Below, piece by piece: positions 57,054 through 64,000 of a stretch of DNA of 64,000 nt (position 1 is its first letter; every line of letters begins with the position of its first letter). A model generated the notes under the pieces. It searched no databases, was not told the origin of the DNA, and worked only from the letters and a program-made list of their open reading frames with translations. Source of the DNA: an uncultured archaeon (GTDB lineage: Archaea > Nanobdellota > Nanobdellia > Pacearchaeales > GW2011-AR1); assembly GCA_902385655.1 (NCBI GenBank), contig CABMGO010000005.1:99584-163583 (forward strand), given 5' to 3'. A program made the position numbers and the translations under genes.

Positions 57054-57254
57054 ATGATAACAAGTTTGGATATAAGTTGGAAATTAGTAAGTATAATAGT
57101 TTGGGAATTAGTCTGGAAAGGCCTAGCACTTTATAGAGCTGGAAAGAAACAACAACCTTGGTGGTTCTTCTTTTTATTAATAATTAATAGCATAGGAATT
57201 TTACCAATTATTTATTTGATAATTTCTAGAGACAAAAAGAAAAAGAGAAAATAA
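57054..57254 (+). CDS. Small membrane protein with lysine-rich tail
   Basis: Two TM helices. Confidence 0.35.
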   Translation: MITSLDISWKLVSIIVWELVWKGLALYRAGKKQQPWWFFFLLIINSIGILPIIYLIISRDKKKKRK

Positions 57255-57339
57255 TTTATTAAGATTTAAAATAAGTTTTGATTAACAAAAATTCTAAAAA
57301 AAGATAAAATTATTACAAGATCTTCCGCAACTACCAACC

Positions 57340-57410
57340 ACGTGCAAAGCACGCAAAATAAGAAACAAATTTTTTCGAAGAAAAAATTTGACAATTTCCT
57401 TAAAAATTTT
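57340..57410. repeat. Repeat family E, copy 2 (the hairpin is the reverse complement of copy 1's; A/T palindrome centre inverted)
   Basis: CGTGCAAAGCACG...GAAACAAATTTTTTCGAAGAAAAAATTTGACAATTTCC. Confidence 0.45.
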
Positions 57411-57464
57411 GGTTGCCTAAATAATCAATCACTTCTTTTCCAACCACTTTTCTTTAACTGCAAG

Positions 57465-58682
57465 TTAATGAAGCATCCTATCAAGGTATGCTGCTTTCTT
57501 ACTCTTTCTAATTCTTCTTGGCTTATCAACTCTCACAGTAGCATCAGCTTTATCATAAATTTTTTTCAATTTTTTCTTGAAATCCAAGAAAGTTCCTTTC
57601 TTAATTTCCTTTCTTGCTTGTTCCATTAACTTTGTTAAATAATACAAATTATGAAATGTCGCCAAACGATATCCTACTGCTTCTTCCTGATTCAGATGGT
57701 ATCGAATATAAGATCTAGTATAATTCTTACAAACAAAACAGTCACAATTTTCGTCCAAAGGCTTATCATCAAACTCATGTTCCCTTCGAGTAATTCTTAA
57801 TTTTCCATTGCTAGTAAAAATAGTTCCTCTTCTTGCATTTTGCGTCGGAAAACGAGAATCAAACATATCAACACCATGAGAAATCGCTTCAAGAATTTCC
57901 ATAGGATTTCCAGCACCCATTAAATAACAAGGTTTATTTTCCGGAATAATTGATTTATGAATCTTAATCATTTTCATTTCCTCTTCAATTGTTTCTCCCA
58001 AAGCCAAACCCCCAACAGAGTATCCATCAAAATCAATTTCCCTTAATTCCTTGCAAGATTTTTTTCTCAAATCAGGATGAATTCCTCCCTGTGTAATTCC
58101 CCATAATAATTGTTTTTTATTTTTAGGAAGTTTTTCCTGAAGATGATCGTGCTCGATTTTACATCTCTTTGCCCACATCGTCGTTCTCTCAACAGCAAGT
58201 TCGATTTCTTTTTTAGAGTGTTCAATCAAAGGCATTGTATCTAAACACATTGCAATATCGCTTCCCAAATCAAGTTGGATTTGCATATCTTTTTCAGGAG
58301 TGATAAATACTTTCCTGTTATCAAATGGATTTCTAAACCAAACTCCTTCGTCGTTACTTCCCAAATAAAGTGCCCTAGAATACATCTGAAATCCACCAGA
58401 ATCAGTAACATTAATTCCCTTAAAATTCATAAACTTCCCAATTCCGCCCATTTTTTTTATTAAATGTTCTCCCGGTCTCAAATGTAAGATTAAAGTATTC
58501 GAAATAACTGCCGGACACTTCATTTCATGCAAATCCAAAGAGCTAATATGCTTCACAGAAGTTTTCGTAGCTACTGGCATAAAAAAAGGAGTCTCAATCT
58601 TTCCTTTCTTAGTTGAAATTACACCAACACGTGCATCAGTTTTCTTATCCTTGTATTTTATTTTAAAAATTTGGCCAGCCAT
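57465..58682 (-). CDS. tRNA-guanine transglycosylase (TGT family; probably archaeosine-type, lacking a PUA extension)
   Basis: TIM-barrel TGT motifs; Zn site CDCFVC...H. Confidence 0.75.
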   Translation of the reverse strand: MAGQIFKIKYKDKKTDARVGVISTKKGKIETPFFMPVATKTSVKHISSLDLHEMKCPAVISNTLILHLRPGEHLIKKMGGIGKFMNFKGINVTDSGGFQMYSRALYLGSNDEGVWFRNPFDNRKVFITPEKDMQIQLDLGSDIAMCLDTMPLIEHSKKEIELAVERTTMWAKRCKIEHDHLQEKLPKNKKQLLWGITQGGIHPDLRKKSCKELREIDFDGYSVGGLALGETIEEEMKMIKIHKSIIPENKPCYLMGAGNPMEILEAISHGVDMFDSRFPTQNARRGTIFTSNGKLRITRREHEFDDKPLDENCDCFVCKNYTRSYIRYHLNQEEAVGYRLATFHNLYYLTKLMEQARKEIKKGTFLDFKKKLKKIYDKADATVRVDKPRRIRKSKKAAYLDRMLH

Positions 58683-58720
58683 AAAATATCAATTGAAAAG
58701 AGATTTAAAAATTAATCGAA

Positions 58721-60505
58721 TTATCTTGCTAACTCAGGACTAACAAGAGACTTAAGTAATCTTTCTTTATTCTTAAACTCAGGCTTACCAACAACTCTTA
58801 CAACCTCGTCTATAGAAATTTGTCCTCGAAGAAGCTTGTCCAAAGCAGCCATCGCCAATGGACGCATTCCTTCCGACATTGCTTGTTCAAGATATTTAGT
58901 CCCAGACCTTACTCCTTGTCCAATCATATCTTTAGTAGTATCAGAAATTTGCCATACCTCAGTTATAGCCGATCTACCAGCAATCCCCGAATGATTACAC
59001 TGATCACACCCTTCTCGAGAAGGCCTGTAAAGAACAATATCTTCCCTAAATAAAGGTTGTTTAAATAAGGAGTTAACATTGGCATTAGAATCGATTACCT
59101 TGCAGTGAGGACAAGAATCTCTTACAAGTCTTTGAGCAAATACTGCCTTAAGAGTATCTTGTAGTTCATAATCTTCAACCCCCATTTTTTGTAAACGTAA
59201 AAGAGCACCATTAGCATCATTTGTGTGAAGAGTCGCATAAGCTAAATGTCCTGTCAACGCTAAATTAATAGCAACATTAGCAGTTGTTTTGTCTCGAATT
59301 TCTCCAAGCATAGTTGTGTCAGGATCATGACGTAAAATCTCCCTAAGAATCTCTTCAAATGAGTTTACTCTGCTAACCTGACATTGATGCACACCATGTA
59401 TTGTGTACTCAACCGGATTTTCAATTGTAATTATTTTCTGATCCGGAGTATTGCTATGAGAAATAAGTGCATTCAGGGTTGTCGTTTTTCCAGAACCTGT
59501 TGGGCCTGTGGCAATAACAATCCCATGTGGTTCAGTAGAAATGTCCTCAAACTGCCTAACAACTTCAGGAGAATAACCTAACTGCCCAAGAGTCAAAAGT
59601 TTTCCTTTCTTAAGTAATCTAATATTAACATTCTCGCCATAAATACTTGGGAGAACAGAAACTCTCGCAGTGTAACCTTTTGGCAAATCTTCTCTTTCAG
59701 AAATGCCTATCCAACTTATCTTATCAAAATCAAAAGCACCACTCTGAGTTTTTCTATGTTCATGAACGATAATTCCATTGTCAGCAGAATCAACTTTAAT
59801 CGCACCAATCACTCGAGTGAACAAATCATTTCCAACCGGCCGTTCCTTTCTTTCTGAAAATGGACTTACAACCGGATCATCTTGTAGGAGGTCATTAACT
59901 CTATATCTTACTCTAGGACCTCTCTCAGTCCATTCAAAATGAATATCGCTTGCAGAAAGAGAAAAAGCCCTTCTATAAACCTGACGAAGAACATTTCTCG
60001 CTGCCAGATCAGTACCTATTTCAAAGCGAGATTCATCTTCAACATGTGCTTTATCTTTTAGAAATTTTTCTCTAGCCTCGGGAGAACCAACCATCTTAAA
60101 TAAAAATTTATAGTCACTATCATCAAACTGAATTGGAACTACACTATGTGAACCAATTTTTTTTGCAGCATAACTCGCTGGAAGAAGCTGTTCAAATGGC
60201 CAATCAAAATCTACAAGTCTGATTGAATCTCCAGCCTCACTAATTTGGCTACTATTAACATGAACCCCAACTATTAATTCCTTATGAGTATAAGAAACAA
60301 TCATGGGAAGTATTCCTCGTTTGACAGCAAGCTCAGTATACGCATTATGAGAAAAATAATCTGGCCTTGTCGGAGGAAAACCCTTAGCGTCAATAGGTCT
60401 TTGAGATTCAACAAGAACTGGAGATTCTTCTATTGCATCGACAATTGAATCTAAACTGTCAAAACCTCGCGATTCACGACTTACAAACTGTCTCTCAAGA
60501 GTCAT
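58721..60505 (-). CDS. Bacterial-type GspE/PilB secretion/pilus ATPase
   Basis: Walker A GPTGSGKTTT, Asp/His boxes, tetracysteine motif CPHC...CDQC; GC visibly higher than surroundings. Confidence 0.8.
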   Translation of the reverse strand: MTLERQFVSRESRGFDSLDSIVDAIEESPVLVESQRPIDAKGFPPTRPDYFSHNAYTELAVKRGILPMIVSYTHKELIVGVHVNSSQISEAGDSIRLVDFDWPFEQLLPASYAAKKIGSHSVVPIQFDDSDYKFLFKMVGSPEAREKFLKDKAHVEDESRFEIGTDLAARNVLRQVYRRAFSLSASDIHFEWTERGPRVRYRVNDLLQDDPVVSPFSERKERPVGNDLFTRVIGAIKVDSADNGIIVHEHRKTQSGAFDFDKISWIGISEREDLPKGYTARVSVLPSIYGENVNIRLLKKGKLLTLGQLGYSPEVVRQFEDISTEPHGIVIATGPTGSGKTTTLNALISHSNTPDQKIITIENPVEYTIHGVHQCQVSRVNSFEEILREILRHDPDTTMLGEIRDKTTANVAINLALTGHLAYATLHTNDANGALLRLQKMGVEDYELQDTLKAVFAQRLVRDSCPHCKVIDSNANVNSLFKQPLFREDIVLYRPSREGCDQCNHSGIAGRSAITEVWQISDTTKDMIGQGVRSGTKYLEQAMSEGMRPLAMAALDKLLRGQISIDEVVRVVGKPEFKNKERLLKSLVSPELAR

Positions 60506-60558
60506 TTAAAGTCTGATAAAAAGAACTATTTAAGCATTATCAAAAAACAAAATATATA

Positions 60559-61293
60559 TCAAAATCTCCTACTCTGCAAAGAAAGATAGATCTTCCTTTC
60601 CTTCTGATCACCGTCTGCACCAGTTTCATACTTATATCCGCCACGCAAACTAACTACGCCAATTTTTTTTTCTACATAAGTTTCAAATTCATTCTGACAA
60701 ACAGTAAAGACAGTATTGAAATAATGATTCTTTATTTTTAAAAAAACACCAACAGCACCAAGGTCTGACTCGCCAATAAACAAACCCGCACGATATTTAA
60801 CTCCCGCACTTGACTCTGCACTAATCGTAGTTGCATCCCTTAATTTCCGTATACCCCGATCAATGTCTCTTGCGAATTTATACTTCTCAATTAAGGTTTT
60901 ACCAAAAGCAGAGTAAGCCTCTCTTTCAAAAGGAAACGACCGTAAATCATCTGGATTGTCATAATCATTATTATTTACAAATCTGAATGAATTCACATCT
61001 TGTAGTTCGTCCTCGAGATTGTGAGCATACCTCTCTAAAAAACTCTGGGTTCTAGCCTGGGAAACAGAAGCATCCGAGTAGCCCTCGTATAAGAAAATAC
61101 TATTAGCTATCCTTGCACGTCTCTCAGTTTTATCCATCTCCGTTAAAGAAACACCTTGCCCGCCATGATCGTTGACCAAAGTTTCCATAGTAGAGGGTAT
61201 ATAGTTGATAGATTCATCTTCCTGAGAGAATGCAGCAAACGGAGCTAAAACTAGTCCTGCTGCAAGAACCAATTTTTTTATGATCTTTTTCAT
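60559..61293 (-). CDS. Secreted protein with bacterial-type signal peptide (AFS|QE), C-terminal Phe; unknown function
   Basis: Signal peptide; elevated GC; adjacent to the GspE-like gene. Confidence 0.4.
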   Translation of the reverse strand: MKKIIKKLVLAAGLVLAPFAAFSQEDESINYIPSTMETLVNDHGGQGVSLTEMDKTERRARIANSIFLYEGYSDASVSQARTQSFLERYAHNLEDELQDVNSFRFVNNNDYDNPDDLRSFPFEREAYSAFGKTLIEKYKFARDIDRGIRKLRDATTISAESSAGVKYRAGLFIGESDLGAVGVFLKIKNHYFNTVFTVCQNEFETYVEKKIGVVSLRGGYKYETGADGDQKERKIYLSLQSRRF

Positions 61294-61305
61294 GTTTATC
61301 TGAAA

Positions 61306-62982
61306 TCACATCTCTTCAAGAACATCGATACCAAGTAAACCTAAGCCTGTCTTCAAAACATTTCTGAAAGCATCAATTAACTTTAACCTAAAAGCTTCTT
61401 CTTTACTTCCAATCACAGGATGAGCATGATAGAATTCGTTAAAAATTTGTGCAAGCTCATAAGAATAATTTGCAATTAAATTTGGAGCTAATTGGTCATA
61501 AGCACTTTTCACAACATTTGGAAAATTCTGCAACTTAGTCAATAGAGCAGTTTCTTGAGGAGACAAGTCAAAAATCTCTACTTTTTGCTTCTTACTTTTT
61601 ACTTTTCTCAAAATAGAAGATGCACGAGCATAAGCATAAAGCAAGTATGGTCCCGTATTTCCTTCGAATTCTAAAAATTTATCAATATCAAAAACAACAT
61701 CGTTCTCTCGATAATTCTTCAAGTCACCATAAATAATTGCGGAAAGAGCAATCGAATGTGCTCGATGATCCAAATCCAAGTCAGATAACTTCGCTTCTCT
61801 CGAAAGTAAATTCTTCTTAGCAATTTCATAGGTCTCTTTAATTACTTCTTTCATCATAACAGTCTTCCCTTTTCTTGTCGCAAATTTTTTTCCATCTTCA
61901 CCAAGATACAAACCGTGAGCGACGTGCACACAATCGTCTGAAAAATCATAGCCCAATAATTTCAAAACTCTAAAAACTTGTTTGAAATGAAGTTTCTGTT
62001 CTTGTCCAACTTCATAAATCATCCTATTGAATTTGTATTTTTCAAAACGATCAATAGCAGCAGTCAAATCTCTAGTTGCATATAAACTAGTTCCGTCATT
62101 TTTCTTTATCAAAACAACCCCCAAACCTTCCTTGTCCAAATCAACAACCATTGCACCCTCGCTCTCTTTCAACAAACCCTTCTTTTCCAATTTATTAACA
62201 ACGGGCCCCATCTTATCATTATATAAACTTTCTCCAGAAATTACATCAAACTTCACACCCAAAAATTCATAAATTTCATTAAAGTCTTTCAAACTTAAAT
62301 CTCTAAATTTTTTCCACAAAGCGAGATTCTTTTTATCCCCTTCTTCCAACTTTCGAAACTCATCTCTAGCTGCTTGTTCATACTGCTCATCATTTGCCCG
62401 AACATATAATTCTAACAAATGCGCAATAGGGTTATCTTTCAGTTTTTTTTCATCTCCCCAATTATTATACCCAACAATTAACTTACCAAACTGAGTTCCC
62501 CAGTCACCTAAATAATTTATCTTTACCGTTTTATATCCTAAATAACTAGCAATATTTGAAATCGAACCACCAATAATTGTAGAACGCAAATGACCAATAC
62601 CGAATGGTTTCGCAATATTCGGAGAAGATAAATCAATAACAATCTTCTTTCCATTACCTTCCTTACTTGAACCATATCCTTTTTTTGTCGCTTCCTTCAA
62701 AACCTTCTCAGCCAAAAATTTCTTGTCAATGAAGAAATTAACATAAGCAGATTTTACTTCAACACCTGAAATTTCCTTAGGTAAATTTTTTCTAATTTTT
62801 TCAGACAAATCTGTCGCAATGGCCAAAGGATTCTTTTTCTCAATTTTAGCCAAAGCAAAACAAGGAAAAGCAAAGTCTCCCATTTCTTGTTGGGGAGGAA
62901 CCTCTAAAAACTTCTCAATTTCTCCCTTTTTCAACTTTCCAGACAGAACTTTCTCAAGCACATTGACAACTATATCTTTCAT
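61306..62982 (-). CDS. argS: Arginyl-tRNA synthetase (start moved to ATG MKDIV; ORF-track start is TTG)
   Basis: SPNIAKPFGIGHLRS (HIGH-like), DALR anticodon-binding region. Confidence 0.9.
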   Translation of the reverse strand: MKDIVVNVLEKVLSGKLKKGEIEKFLEVPPQQEMGDFAFPCFALAKIEKKNPLAIATDLSEKIRKNLPKEISGVEVKSAYVNFFIDKKFLAEKVLKEATKKGYGSSKEGNGKKIVIDLSSPNIAKPFGIGHLRSTIIGGSISNIASYLGYKTVKINYLGDWGTQFGKLIVGYNNWGDEKKLKDNPIAHLLELYVRANDEQYEQAARDEFRKLEEGDKKNLALWKKFRDLSLKDFNEIYEFLGVKFDVISGESLYNDKMGPVVNKLEKKGLLKESEGAMVVDLDKEGLGVVLIKKNDGTSLYATRDLTAAIDRFEKYKFNRMIYEVGQEQKLHFKQVFRVLKLLGYDFSDDCVHVAHGLYLGEDGKKFATRKGKTVMMKEVIKETYEIAKKNLLSREAKLSDLDLDHRAHSIALSAIIYGDLKNYRENDVVFDIDKFLEFEGNTGPYLLYAYARASSILRKVKSKKQKVEIFDLSPQETALLTKLQNFPNVVKSAYDQLAPNLIANYSYELAQIFNEFYHAHPVIGSKEEAFRLKLIDAFRNVLKTGLGLLGIDVLEEM

Positions 62983-63032
62983 AAAAAGTACATACAAATA
63001 ATGTTTAAAAACTCACCCATACAGGGAGTTTT

Positions 63033-63755
63033 ATGAAAATAGGTGTAAAGACATATTGTGATAAGGAGTATATAGAACATTTTACAAACAAAACAGATTT
63101 TATAGAAGTAATAGGAATATCAAAAGAAGACTTTCTTAAAAATAAAAAGATAATTGTGCACTGTAAACATGAAAGATTCAAGATAAATTTAGCAAATAAA
63201 TTAAAGGAAAAAGAGAATATTGAAGCAATTCAAACTGCAATAGAAATAGCCGACTTCTGCAATTCGGATAGAATAATAGTTCACCCAGGATTCATAGAAA
63301 ACGAGAGTTGTTCTCTAAAAAATTCAATAAATCTTATGAAAAAATTCAAAGACAAAAGAATAATTACGGAAACAATGCCGGGAAATTATAAAAACAAAAA
63401 TTTCTTATGTTCAACACCAGAAGAACTAAAAGAATACATTCAAAAAACAAATATCTCAGGATTTTGTTTGGATATAAATCACACAATTTCGTCAGCAACA
63501 TCACAAAATAAAAACCCATATGAATATCTCAAAGAGTTCATAAAATTAAACCCAAAACAAATTCATCTCGGCGGACAAAAGCTTCCAGAAGATATAACAC
63601 ATATACCATTCTCAAGATCTAATATCGATTTAAAAAAAGCATTAGAATTTCTCCATGAAGATTCAGAGATAATATTGGAAGTTACTCAAGATATAACTGA
63701 AACAGAAAAAGATTTAGAGATAGTTAGAAAAACTTGGGCAAATAGGATCAATTAA
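63033..63755 (+). CDS. Xylose-isomerase-like TIM-barrel protein (AP endonuclease family 2 / Nfo-like)
   Basis: IIVHPGF, ETMPG, GFCLDINH resemble endonuclease IV metal-site motifs. Confidence 0.4.
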   Translation: MKIGVKTYCDKEYIEHFTNKTDFIEVIGISKEDFLKNKKIIVHCKHERFKINLANKLKEKENIEAIQTAIEIADFCNSDRIIVHPGFIENESCSLKNSINLMKKFKDKRIITETMPGNYKNKNFLCSTPEELKEYIQKTNISGFCLDINHTISSATSQNKNPYEYLKEFIKLNPKQIHLGGQKLPEDITHIPFSRSNIDLKKALEFLHEDSEIILEVTQDITETEKDLEIVRKTWANRIN

Positions 63756-63795
63756 GCACAACAATATTTATAATCTAGATATATTTAACATTAGA

Positions 63796-64000
63796 ATGCC
63801 ATATATAAAAAAAGAAGATAGAAAAAAGTGGGAAAAAATAATAGCAGAAGTTACCGAGATTTTGAAAAATGTCCCAAAGGAAAGTGTAGACGGAGATTTG
63901 AACTATTTTTTTACATCAATAATATTAAACAACTATGAAAAAAAGTATTTTAATTATAACCGAGCAATAGGCATGCTAGAATGTTGCAAACAAGAGTTAT
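63796..64000 (+). CDS. 5' part of a hypothetical ORF running off the window
   Basis: ATG at 63796, open to the window end. Confidence 0.25.
   Translation, partial: MPYIKKEDRKKWEKIIAEVTEILKNVPKESVDGDLNYFFTSIILNNYEKKYFNYNRAIGMLECCKQEL

Noticed and set aside
1-64000. CRISPR array, rRNA genes, insertion sequences with transposase
   Set aside because: No regularly spaced identical repeats with unique spacers were seen. No long GC-rich rRNA-like stretch and no transposase-like ORF were found. The repeats present are degenerate or regulatory-type.

Overview
AT-rich (about 30% GC) window that looks archaeal. The evidence is TrmB regulators, archaeal FlaI-type pilus ATPase, class III signal-peptide pilins, diphthine synthase, Trm5-like methyltransferase, a TGT with a CxCxxC..H zinc site, archease plus RtcB, an aCPSF1-like beta-CASP fragment, leaderless TATA promoters and Shine-Dalgarno use. 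Gene sizes and content fit a small-genome, possibly DPANN-like archaeon; this is inference. The main blocks are listed in order. Region 1-12.7 kb holds housekeeping and small operons: a presenilin-like protease, TrmB followed by six translationally coupled unknown genes, a Trm5-like gene, ZupT, Ogg, and archease–glycoside hydrolase–RtcB. Region 13.6-23.6 kb holds a minus-strand type IV (Tad/archaeal) pilus locus: a HerA-like ATPase, a split TadB/TadC platform, a FlaI-like ATPase and at least 7 pilin genes, sharing conserved upstream promoter modules. At 23.7-24.0 kb lies a GC-rich candidate structured RNA. At 25.07 kb tRNA-Ser(GCU) is followed by a roughly 450 bp array of degenerate repeats carrying copies of tRNA-Ser fragments. 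Region 26.2-35.8 kb encodes a 2348-aa surface protein with many Ig-like repeats and N-glycosylation sequons, C-terminally anchored and translationally coupled to a second anchored coiled-coil protein, preceded by a wHTH–KaiC-like ATPase. Region 36.3-46.2 kb is one long minus-strand signalling operon: hemerythrin, a 1150-aa multi-PAS histidine kinase, three tandem receiver/degenerate KaiC-like pairs, a membrane protein, a further degenerate KaiC-like protein and a hemerythrin–coiled-coil protein. I think this is the most likely undescribed system. Region 46.2-64 kb is housekeeping: dUTPase, TrpRS, DacZ, TatD, Dph5, IleRS, a second TrmB, TGT and ArgRS. Inserted there, in elevated-GC DNA, are a bacterial-type GspE/PilB ATPase and a signal-peptide protein. 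A three-copy intergenic element with covarying stems (20.4, 36.1 and 49.9 kb) suggests a new structured RNA or cis-regulatory family. No CRISPR array, rRNA or integrase was seen. Coordinates of non-ORF features are approximate (a few bp).
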